Positions 1 to 8,394 of a DNA stretch of 64,000 nt are shown piece by piece. The translations under genes and the position numbers were made by a program. The notes under the pieces are model-generated. The model did no database searches and was not told the DNA's origin. It was given only the letters and a program-made list of their open reading frames with translations. Within the stretch, counting starts at the first letter, position 1; the number at the start of each line of letters is the position of its first letter. Source of the DNA: a virus; the IMG/VR virus record IMGVR_UViG_3300042563_002443. One strand, given 5' to 3'.

Positions 1-1
1 T

Positions 2-739
2 GTTAATGCAGCTGCAGCAATTGCATATACAAAATTAAATTTAGCTTCTTCTGGTATTGTTTCAGGATCAACTTTAGCAGCAGGTTCAGGTCAAGGTACA
101 CATACATTAACTACTAACGGTGTCAGCTCAGGTGATATTACAGCAACTGGATTAGGAACAGCAGGAACACCAACATTTGCAGGTTTAACAATTACCAATG
201 GTAACATTGCAATAAACAATGGTACTTCAACCGCTCTTACTACAACAGGTACAACTGCAGCAGTATTCAATACAACAGCTACAACCGTTAACGCATTTGG
301 AGCAGCAACTACGTTAAATTTAGGTGCCGCAACTGGTACAACAACAGTTGGAAACAGCTTAGTAGTAACCGGAGACTTATTTGTTAACGGAACAACTACA
401 CAAGTAAACACTACAGACTTACTAGTTGAAGATAAGTTTATTATATTAGCATCCGGATCTGCAACAGCAGGTGATGGTGGTATTATAATTGACCGCGGAT
501 CAGATGGTGCAGGAAATATTGCATTTGGTTTTGATGCAACAACAGATCGTTGGGGTTATCAAAACGGATTGACAGATTCAACCAATGCAATTGTTATTGG
601 AACAAACGGCAACTCAGCATTTGCAGGATATGTATTTACAGAAGCTGATCACACTGCAACAAAACCAACTACGGGTGAATTTGTACAAGCAGGAGCAATA
701 TATACAAATACAGATGGAACAATTTGGATGTATGCATAA
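2..739 (+). CDS. Virion structural / tail fibre-like protein, 5'-truncated by the window edge
   Basis: Open frame from position 2 to TAA at 737-739, not in the ORF track. G/T/A/S-rich, ending ...LVVTGDLFVNGTTTQVNTTDLLVEDKFIILASGS...GDGGIIIDRGS...TIWMYA, a style typical of phage fibre proteins. Confidence 0.75.
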   Translation, partial: VNAAAAIAYTKLNLASSGIVSGSTLAAGSGQGTHTLTTNGVSSGDITATGLGTAGTPTFAGLTITNGNIAINNGTSTALTTTGTTAAVFNTTATTVNAFGAATTLNLGAATGTTTVGNSLVVTGDLFVNGTTTQVNTTDLLVEDKFIILASGSATAGDGGIIIDRGSDGAGNIAFGFDATTDRWGYQNGLTDSTNAIVIGTNGNSAFAGYVFTEADHTATKPTTGEFVQAGAIYTNTDGTIWMYA

Positions 740-769
740 AATTCTATATATTAACTAAAAAAGGTTATA

Positions 770-961
770 ATGAGTATTCTTTCTAAAATAATAGGCGAAT
801 CAAAGCAACCGGCGGTTGAAACAAAAAATCAATTGGTTCAAGAAGAATTAGAATTTGTTTTAAATTCTTTAAAAGATGTAACAATCGCCGGTTCGCAAGT
901 TGAAATGTTTTATAATCTTGTAGTTAAATTACAAAATCAATATATAGAACAATCCAAATAA
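770..961 (+). CDS. Small hypothetical protein, paralogue of the next ORF; possible fibre chaperone
   Basis: 63 aa. EELEFVLNSLKDVTIAGSQVEMFYNLVVKLQ aligns with the next ORF. Confidence 0.6.
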   Translation: MSILSKIIGESKQPAVETKNQLVQEELEFVLNSLKDVTIAGSQVEMFYNLVVKLQNQYIEQSK

Positions 962-967
962 ACAAAC

Positions 968-1150
968 ATGAATATTTTTTCAATTGAACTAACATTGCCT
1001 GAAATTCAGACATTGCGACAATCTCTAGATGTTATTACTATTGCAGGAAAAGATGCACAGTTTTTAGCTGCATTGCAAATCAAATTAGAATCTGAGATTC
1101 AACAAATTGCAAACATGCAGTCTGCACCTCAACCAAAGAAATCTAGATAA
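968..1150 (+). CDS. Small hypothetical protein, paralogue of 770-961
   Basis: 60 aa. PEIQTLRQSLDVITIAGKDAQFLAALQIKLE shares the TIAG...KL pattern. Confidence 0.6.
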   Translation: MNIFSIELTLPEIQTLRQSLDVITIAGKDAQFLAALQIKLESEIQQIANMQSAPQPKKSR

Positions 1151-1153
1151 CCC

Positions 1154-1162
1154 ATATTTATA
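1154..1162 (+). promoter_or_regulatory. Late-type promoter motif ATATTTATA
   Basis: The same 9-mer lies upstream of many structural genes (also 7403, 8361, 10900, 11506, 12521). Confidence 0.6.
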
Positions 1163-1172
1163 ATAAATAACT

Positions 1173-1234
1173 TGTTGTTGGCCGCAAGGAAGTAGGCGCA
1201 CACACGGCATAAGTGTATGTATCTAACCGCAACA
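1173..1234 (+). ncRNA. Candidate structured RNA (multi-stem junction) in the 5' leader of the tail-fibre gene
   Basis: GC-rich island in an AT-rich spacer. Closing stem TGTTGT/GCAACA, hairpin CC-GCAA-GG (GNRA loop), hairpin GCACACAC-GGCATAA-GTGTATGT (one mismatch), possible TAGG/TCTA pairing. Confidence 0.45.
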
Positions 1235-1249
1235 TAATTAAGATATAGT

Positions 1250-4200
1250 ATGCCAGCATGGAAACGCGTCATAGTATCGGGATCTGATGCAACCCTCACC
1301 TCTGTAACAGCAACTGCCGGATTTACCGGTTCATTATTTGGTACCGCTTCATTTGCTCAAACAGCATCATATGTTAACCCACTAAACCAGCAAATTCTAT
1401 TATCTGGTAGTTTAAAATTTGACCCAACACAAGATCCAGACCCATTAGGTATTGATTTAGATTCAACAGTTTTATTTCAAAGCAGTTCCAACACGGCATT
1501 AGGATATGATCTATATGTTCGTCAAAATGGAAATCTTGTAAAATGGAAATGGATTGAAGGTACTTTAGAAACTGGATTATTATATGGAGGAGTAGTTACC
1601 TATAGTGGAAGTAATGTTTTTGTTTCTCCTGGTAGTGGTATTATAGCGGATCATAACCCAACAACTGGTTCCGAAGCTTCACCTATGATAGAGTACGTTA
1701 CTTGGAATGCAATCACACAAAGTATTACAAATATTGCAACTCAACAAGTAACTTATTTATATATTGATAATAATGGAACTTTACAACAACAATCAACTAG
1801 ATTTACATCACAACAATACCACGATTATATACCATTAGGGGCCGTAGGTCATTTTGATTATACACAGGTATCTGTATTTGGTGGTGGAGTGCAAACCGCA
1901 TATGATCAAATATCACAAATATCAAATTTCATAGATGCATTTGGACCATTAAAGATGTCAGGATATGGGTTGACGGGTCAAGCAGGTAGTTTAAGATTAT
2001 CTGTCGGGTCTGGTACTTCTTTTATACATGGTGGATTTTATCAAAATGATCCTGAGTTTCCATCCCAAATAACAACACCATTACAAACAACGGCTAGCAT
2101 GGCTTATGTATATAGATCGGGTTCGGGTGTAAGATTTGATACAAATGGAGGCAACTTATACACTCAATTAAAACCTGGATTTTATGATCCCGGAACAGGT
2201 GTTACTGGTTCTGTTTCAAACAATGATTGGACTATACAACGAGCATATTCTGATCCCAAAACCGGTGTATTGTATGTTTACTTTGGTCAAAATATATACC
2301 CGGATTTTTTAACAGCAGTTGCAAACATATCAGCAGACTCGTTCACTGAAGGATCTACATTTGATTTTACTACTTTTGTTGGTTTTCTTATATTAAAAAG
2401 CAATGAAACCGATATAACAGCAGCCGATAATAAGATTGTATCTGCTGGGTTATTCCGCGGTTCTGGTCAAGGTAGCGGTGGAGGAATAGCAATATCTAAT
2501 TTACAAGATTTAACAGATGTCTCAATCGTTGGTCCTACAAATGGGCAAGCACTTATATATAATAGTGGAACATGGGTAAATGGAGTACCAACAAGTGCAT
2601 CATTTGCAACACAAGCACTAAGTGCTTCCTATGCACCATCCACACCTGCGTTTCCATTCACAGGATCCGCTCAAATAACAGGATCTTTAGGAGTAACAGG
2701 ATCATTCAATCAAGCATCTGCATCTTTAGCATCAGGCCTATTTGCTTATGCTCAAGGATTTGCTGTTACAGCCTCCGGAATATATTCACACGCAGAAGGT
2801 CAAGCAACAATAGCAGATGGATTATATTCACACGCAGAAGGACAAGAAACATCGGCAACCGGAGCATCATCACACGCTGAAGGTTATGCTACATTAGCAC
2901 AAGGCAACTATTCACACGCAGAAGGTCGAGAAACAACCGCCACCGGAGATTTTTCACACGCAGAAGGCAATTTTACAGTAGCATCTGGAGATTATCAGCA
3001 CGTACAAGGTCAATTTAACCAATCATCCTCAGCACAAAGTGCATTTATTGTAGGTAATGGAACAGGAACCGGAGCACTTCGATCAAACTTAATCTTTGCT
3101 TCAGGTTCACAAGTTCAAATAACAGGTAGTGTTATTGCAACTGCAGGATTTACAGGATCATTTACAGGATCATTGTTTGGAGGAGCATTAACAGCAGTAA
3201 CAGCTTCATATGTAGCAACAGCTCAAAATGTAACAGTATCTCCAAGTAGTTCTGCAGCTATTGTAGATGCAGCAGGAAATCATAAATTTTATCCTTTGTT
3301 TGGAGCCGTGAGAAATGATGGCAATTTTACCAACGTAATTACATATGCTAACTCTGGTAGTTTTCAATACATAATGGGTACAAATACCTTAACAGTTACA
3401 TCATCCTACGCTAATCAAGCATTAAGTTCATCATTTGCAGTAAGTGCATCTAGAGCAGTAAGCTCAAGCTTTGCAACAACGGCTTCTTTTGCAGTAAGTG
3501 CATCTAGAGCAGTAAGCTCAAGCTTTGCAACAACTGCTTCATATGCCACGGTTGCACAAACAGTTTTAAATGAATCATCATTTGCATTACTAGGATCTCC
3601 CAACAACTTTACTAGTGCTCAAACAATAACAGCAACATTAAATCAAGGTAATAGTACAAATACAGGAACTACTAAAGCATATTCTTGTGATATATCAAGC
3701 GGTGTTGTAACTTTAAATGCTCTACTATATGGAGATGTAACTGCAGATTTCAATGTAGATGATCAATTGTTAATATATGATGCACCATTTGATAATAACT
3801 ATGGTATCATAACATCAAAAATAGCGTCAGTAATTTATGATGGGTTTGTTACTTTTAGTACTATTATAACCTTGTATGATACTTCAATTAGTACTACTAC
3901 AGCATATGTTGGAGATCTTACCCTAGGCGTATCAAATTGGCTCGGAGATCAAACAATACCTGCAAGTTATTCACACGCAGAAGGTTCTGGCACAACAACA
4001 TTAGGAGATTACTCACACGCAGAAGGTGCTAATACAAACGCATTAGGATCATATTCACACGCGGAAGGTAATAACACAATAGCACAAGGTGATTACCAAC
4101 ATGTACAAGGAGCGTATAATATAGCATCATCAGCTCAATCAGCGTTTATAGTAGGTAATGGTACAGCAGATGGTTCGAGATCAAATCTTATATTTGCATC

Positions 4201-4414
4201 TGGATCTCAAGTACAAATAACTGGATCTTTAACAGTATCTGGATCAAGCACATTTACAAACATAGGTCCTGCCGTATTTAGTGGAAGTGTTGCGTCGACT
4301 GCCGGCTTTACTGGATCATTGCAAGGTACTGCTTCATTTGCTTTAGCAGTAGCAGGAGGTGGCGGCGGAGGTGACACAACAGCTGTTGAAGCACAGTTTT
4401 ATTTTTTAATGTAA
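1250..4414 (+). CDS. Tail fibre / adhesin-like protein with YadA/Hep-Hag-like 14-aa SHAEG repeats
   Basis: 1054 aa. Two blocks of (Y/F)SHAEGxxTxAxG repeats, each followed by HVQG...SAFIVGNGT...RSNLIFASGSQVQITGS, plus SASFA-type low-complexity repeats. Confidence 0.75.
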   Translation: MPAWKRVIVSGSDATLTSVTATAGFTGSLFGTASFAQTASYVNPLNQQILLSGSLKFDPTQDPDPLGIDLDSTVLFQSSSNTALGYDLYVRQNGNLVKWKWIEGTLETGLLYGGVVTYSGSNVFVSPGSGIIADHNPTTGSEASPMIEYVTWNAITQSITNIATQQVTYLYIDNNGTLQQQSTRFTSQQYHDYIPLGAVGHFDYTQVSVFGGGVQTAYDQISQISNFIDAFGPLKMSGYGLTGQAGSLRLSVGSGTSFIHGGFYQNDPEFPSQITTPLQTTASMAYVYRSGSGVRFDTNGGNLYTQLKPGFYDPGTGVTGSVSNNDWTIQRAYSDPKTGVLYVYFGQNIYPDFLTAVANISADSFTEGSTFDFTTFVGFLILKSNETDITAADNKIVSAGLFRGSGQGSGGGIAISNLQDLTDVSIVGPTNGQALIYNSGTWVNGVPTSASFATQALSASYAPSTPAFPFTGSAQITGSLGVTGSFNQASASLASGLFAYAQGFAVTASGIYSHAEGQATIADGLYSHAEGQETSATGASSHAEGYATLAQGNYSHAEGRETTATGDFSHAEGNFTVASGDYQHVQGQFNQSSSAQSAFIVGNGTGTGALRSNLIFASGSQVQITGSVIATAGFTGSFTGSLFGGALTAVTASYVATAQNVTVSPSSSAAIVDAAGNHKFYPLFGAVRNDGNFTNVITYANSGSFQYIMGTNTLTVTSSYANQALSSSFAVSASRAVSSSFATTASFAVSASRAVSSSFATTASYATVAQTVLNESSFALLGSPNNFTSAQTITATLNQGNSTNTGTTKAYSCDISSGVVTLNALLYGDVTADFNVDDQLLIYDAPFDNNYGIITSKIASVIYDGFVTFSTIITLYDTSISTTTAYVGDLTLGVSNWLGDQTIPASYSHAEGSGTTTLGDYSHAEGANTNALGSYSHAEGNNTIAQGDYQHVQGAYNIASSAQSAFIVGNGTADGSRSNLIFASGSQVQITGSLTVSGSSTFTNIGPAVFSGSVASTAGFTGSLQGTASFALAVAGGGGGGDTTAVEAQFYFLM
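3434..3540 (+). repeat. 54-bp tandem duplication (FAVSASRAVSSSFATTAS x2) inside the tail fibre
   Basis: tttgcagtaagtgcatctagagcagtaagctcaagctttgcaacaac occurs at 3434 and 3488. Confidence 0.9.
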
Positions 4415-4421
4415 TAACGAT

Positions 4422-7370
4422 ATGGCTAAAAAAGACAATAATGGATATATAGGTAATCCAACACTAGGACTTGATAATCAAGGTATAATATCTAGAAACA
4501 AAAATTTTGATACTAGATTTTTTACACAAAATGATGCATATTCTAATGACACAAATCTAATGTCAAGTCCTCCTTATATTGATACCACCCCACTTTTAAC
4601 CGGGTCTGCAACAGGAGGAGGTTCTGGCTCGATTGCTACCGCATCATTATCAAACGGGTCAATAGCCAACATGATAACATATAAGGGCGGTACAGGATAT
4701 CCTGTTTTGTTTCAAAACACTACAATGAGTTTTTCTGGAGGCGGCGGTCAAGATGCTGCAGCATATGCATCTACTGTCACCGCTCAAGGTGTTATAACTG
4801 TAGTTGCTCCCCTCTACTCAATTCAAGATGTAATTATAGCAGATGCCGGAGGGCCATACACCTCACCTCCAACATTATCCTTTTCAACCCCCGCAGTAAC
4901 CAATATCACTTGGAGACCACATATAACTGCAACAGGAACAGCTACAATAACAAATGGACGTGTAACAGGTGTTACTATTACAACATCAGGTAGCAATTAT
5001 ATTTCTACATCTTTTCCAACAATAACAGTAAGTGGCGGAGGGTTAGCAGCTGGAGGAACACACGCTGTGCTAGTACCTGTAATACGTTGTGGTAGAGGAT
5101 ATACTTCAAATCCAACTTTAACAATAACAAGTCCTACTGGAACCGGAGCAGTTATATCATCATCTCTTATAGCCGGAATAGGTTCTATTGATATTATAAA
5201 TGGGGGTGGTGGATATACTACTCCACCAACTGTACAAATACAAGGAGCAGCCTTACAAGACACATCAGCAACTGCAGTATTATCTGGAAACACAGTATCA
5301 ACAATATCTGTTACATCTGGTTCATCACGTTTTTCAACTGCACCTACAATTAATATAAGCGGCGGTTTGCCACCACTTCCTGCAATATCTAACAACCAAA
5401 TAGTGGCATGGTGTAGGGTTTATAACAATAACTCAAATTTTGTTGGGTTACAACTTTCAACAAATGGAGGTGGAGGATACTTGGTTAATTGGGGAGATGG
5501 TACTTCAAACAATTATAATTCAGGTGCAACTGGATCAAAACAATATACAACTGATTCATACGCAGCCTTAACAAGCTCAATATATTCAGTAGCTGACTTA
5601 TACAAACCAGCTTTAATTACTGTAACTTTATCAGGCAGTGCTACAAGTTTTAGTACTGTCAATTTTACCACTCGACCAACACTATCAACAGGATCCTTAG
5701 TTAACGGCAGCCATAATAACTGGAAGTCAATTAAAATGTCCGGTAATCTAGTTACGTCAGTAGTGCTGAGTCAGAGTAGCACCTCCTCTTTATCACTAGG
5801 GCAATTAGAAAGATTTGAGTATTCTGGATCAAATAGCATATCGAACTTTACCGCCATGTTCATCAACCTTCAAAATTTAGTAGAAATTGTATCCCTTGAT
5901 ACAAGAAACGCTACCACTTTTAGCAACACGTTTCAACAATGTAACAACTTGCGAAAACTCCCTCCATTAGATCTTATTAATGCAGGTTCAGCTATAAACA
6001 TGTTTAACGCATGTCCTAACCTTAGAGAAATAACACTATTAAACTCTCAAAATGTAAATAATTGGTCAAATGCTTTTCAAGGATGTTTAACACTGCAAAA
6101 AATAAATGCTACATTTAGTAGTGCTGTTACATCCTATAGTAGTACATTTGCTAGTTGTTATGCTTTAGAAAAACACCCTCCTTTAAATGTTAGCAACAAT
6201 ACTAGTTTCAGTGCTACATGGCAAAACTGCTTTAGTTTAAAACAAGTTAAATTTATTGGCACTACTTCAAAAGTTACTTCTTGGTTTGCTGCGTTCAACA
6301 ACTGTTACCAATTAGAATCATTACCATCAACGTTGAATCTAAGTGCAACTACAACGTTGACAAGTATGTTTACCGGCTGTTCGTCACTTAAAACATGTCC
6401 AATTTTTACAAACACACGTAATTTAACAGGTATAAATTCAATGTTTTCATCTTGTAGGAGTTTAGTAACCATACCATGGTTTGATACAGTAACTGTGACA
6501 AGCGCAACCTCACTATTTTCCAGTTGTACATCATTAAGATCTATACCAAAATTAAATTTTGCTAGGATCACAAGCTGTGATAGTATGTTTTCAAGTTGTA
6601 CTAGTTTAGTATCAGTTCCTGCACTTGAAACTTCTAATGCAACAAGTTTTGCGTCCATGTTTACAAGTTGTGGTATCAAGGAAGCACCATTTCTTAATAC
6701 ATCTAAAGGAACTAATTTTTCGCAAATGTTTCAAAGTTGTACTAATTTATTAAAAGTCCCGGCTTATGATTTAGGAGAAGCTACAAGTGTACAATCTATG
6801 TTTAGTGGTTGTACAACACTTACAACTATACCAATTTTTAATTTAACTAAATGCATTAATATGTCCGGCATGTTTAATGGATGCACTTCATTAAGATCAG
6901 TACCATATTTAGATACTGCAGTAGCTACATCGTTTGCTTCTCTGTTTGCAAATAACACTGCATTAGTAGATGTTGGTGGTTTTAATTCATCCAAAGTAAC
7001 TGATTTTGGTAGTTGTTTCGCTAACTGTCCGCCACTACAAAATATTCCATTAATGGATACATCTCGTGGAGTTTTTTTCTCCAACATGTTTCAAGCCGGC
7101 GGCACTACTGAAATCCCGGCATTAAATATGACTTCTAGTGCAGCTATTGGCAACCTAGGTAGTGGTAACTTAAGAAGAATGCGCGCAACCGGAATGAATG
7201 CTAGCTTTGATGTTTCAAACAATCTTTTAGATTCAATAGCATTAAATGAAATTTATACCAATGCATCTGCAACAGGTGCAGGAAAAACCATTACAGTTAC
7301 TGGTAACTGGGGTACAGCAAATGATACTCCATCAATTGCAACAGCAAAAGGATGGGCTGTAACAGGATAA
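4422..7370 (+). CDS. Virion adhesin-like protein with BspA/DUF285-type ~23-25-aa repeats
   Basis: 982 aa. N-terminal G/T-rich GxGYTxxPT(V/L) repeats; the C-terminal half has about 20 repeats of MFxxCxxLxxIPxxxTxxxT. Confidence 0.75.
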   Translation: MAKKDNNGYIGNPTLGLDNQGIISRNKNFDTRFFTQNDAYSNDTNLMSSPPYIDTTPLLTGSATGGGSGSIATASLSNGSIANMITYKGGTGYPVLFQNTTMSFSGGGGQDAAAYASTVTAQGVITVVAPLYSIQDVIIADAGGPYTSPPTLSFSTPAVTNITWRPHITATGTATITNGRVTGVTITTSGSNYISTSFPTITVSGGGLAAGGTHAVLVPVIRCGRGYTSNPTLTITSPTGTGAVISSSLIAGIGSIDIINGGGGYTTPPTVQIQGAALQDTSATAVLSGNTVSTISVTSGSSRFSTAPTINISGGLPPLPAISNNQIVAWCRVYNNNSNFVGLQLSTNGGGGYLVNWGDGTSNNYNSGATGSKQYTTDSYAALTSSIYSVADLYKPALITVTLSGSATSFSTVNFTTRPTLSTGSLVNGSHNNWKSIKMSGNLVTSVVLSQSSTSSLSLGQLERFEYSGSNSISNFTAMFINLQNLVEIVSLDTRNATTFSNTFQQCNNLRKLPPLDLINAGSAINMFNACPNLREITLLNSQNVNNWSNAFQGCLTLQKINATFSSAVTSYSSTFASCYALEKHPPLNVSNNTSFSATWQNCFSLKQVKFIGTTSKVTSWFAAFNNCYQLESLPSTLNLSATTTLTSMFTGCSSLKTCPIFTNTRNLTGINSMFSSCRSLVTIPWFDTVTVTSATSLFSSCTSLRSIPKLNFARITSCDSMFSSCTSLVSVPALETSNATSFASMFTSCGIKEAPFLNTSKGTNFSQMFQSCTNLLKVPAYDLGEATSVQSMFSGCTTLTTIPIFNLTKCINMSGMFNGCTSLRSVPYLDTAVATSFASLFANNTALVDVGGFNSSKVTDFGSCFANCPPLQNIPLMDTSRGVFFSNMFQAGGTTEIPALNMTSSAAIGNLGSGNLRRMRATGMNASFDVSNNLLDSIALNEIYTNASATGAGKTITVTGNWGTANDTPSIATAKGWAVTG

Positions 7371-7424
7371 TTGTACTAAATAAAGAATATAAACACATTA
7401 GAATATTTATAATAAATAAAGAAT

Positions 7425-7688
7425 ATGGATACACCAGGATTTTATAAAGTAGACCCAAGCGGAATAGTAATATATGGCCCTAACTATATATTCGGGCCTC
7501 ATGACCAATACAAACTGCTAAAAGAAGAAAAAGATACTTATACATATCCAATAGATGGATGGTATTGGTTTGACACAGAACAAGAAGCTTATGAATTTTT
7601 TCAAATAGAATGGTATCCTGAAGTATACACAATGGGACTATCTAAACCTTTATTAATCGAAACAAACAATATACAAAATAATGGCTAA
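7425..7688 (+). CDS. Hypothetical protein (fibre-associated)
   Basis: 87 aa with TYTYPIDGWYWFDTE; ATATTTATA at 7403. Confidence 0.6.
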   Translation: MDTPGFYKVDPSGIVIYGPNYIFGPHDQYKLLKEEKDTYTYPIDGWYWFDTEQEAYEFFQIEWYPEVYTMGLSKPLLIETNNIQNNG

Positions 7689-8007
7689 TACTTACAAAAT
7701 AAACGCAAACAAACTTAACGCAAGTGGTTTTACAACAATTTACACAACACCCTTAGGTACAACTACTCTTGTAAAAAGTTTATACATTGCAAATGTATCT
7801 TCTAGTGGAGTTACCATAGATGTTATTTTAAACAAGAGTGGATCTGCTACTAATTTTTATTTAATTTCAGGATCATCCGTTCCGGTTCAAGCATCATTTC
7901 AACCTATATCAGATACAATAGCATTACAGACCGGTGATTCACTAAAAATTAGTACACCATTTCAAAGTGGTTCTGACACACTATTATCTTATATGGAAAT
8001 AACTTAA
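7681..8007 (+). CDS. Small beta-rich virion protein
   Basis: 108 aa: MANTYK...IYTTP..TTTLVKSLYIAN...LQTGDSLKI...LSYMEIT, a pattern common in phage structural regions. Confidence 0.6.
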   Translation: MANTYKINANKLNASGFTTIYTTPLGTTTLVKSLYIANVSSSGVTIDVILNKSGSATNFYLISGSSVPVQASFQPISDTIALQTGDSLKISTPFQSGSDTLLSYMEIT

Positions 8008-8021
8008 ACCATACATAATAC

Positions 8022-8050
8022 TTGGATTATCATGATAAATTACATATATT
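8022..8050 (+). promoter_or_regulatory. Sigma70-like promoter TTGGAT-N17-TATATT
   Basis: The same architecture recurs at about 18907, 23014, 26092, 30351, 33017, 37275, 43813, 44370 and 55357. Confidence 0.5.
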
Positions 8051-8071
8051 AAAATAAAAAGGAAACAAGTT

Positions 8072-8341
8072 ATGACCAAAAAACTGGACATGGAACATCT
8101 AGATGAAATTCAACAATTACGTGAAGAATTTGCAAAGAATACAAACATTCTAGGAAACATTGTATTAGAACAATATGCAACGGAATCTAGATTAAAAACA
8201 ATTGATTTAGAAAAACAACGCTATTTAGATCAATTTGAAACCCTACAAAAACAGGAATCTGCATTGCTAGAAAAAATGCGTGAGCGTTATGGCGAAGGCC
8301 AAATTGATATTGCTGAAGGAACATTTACTCCAAATGCATGA
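8072..8341 (+). CDS. Coiled-coil hypothetical protein
   Basis: 89 aa with a heptad pattern, ending YGEGQIDIAEGTFTP. Confidence 0.65.
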   Translation: MTKKLDMEHLDEIQQLREEFAKNTNILGNIVLEQYATESRLKTIDLEKQRYLDQFETLQKQESALLEKMRERYGEGQIDIAEGTFTPNA

Positions 8342-8394
8342 TGTTTGACACTAAACAATCATATTTATAATAAAATAAAACAAGGAGTATATTA

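Noticed and set aside
1173-1234. Calling the structured leader a glnA glutamine riboswitch
   Set aside because: The resemblance is partial: the expected GAA strand of the E-loop is missing and the gene context does not fit. Kept only as an unnamed candidate RNA.
2780-4070. 42-bp periodic repeats as a CRISPR array or a DGR template/variable pair
   Set aside because: They are in-frame coding repeats (SHAEG). Differences are not adenine-specific, and no reverse transcriptase is in the window.
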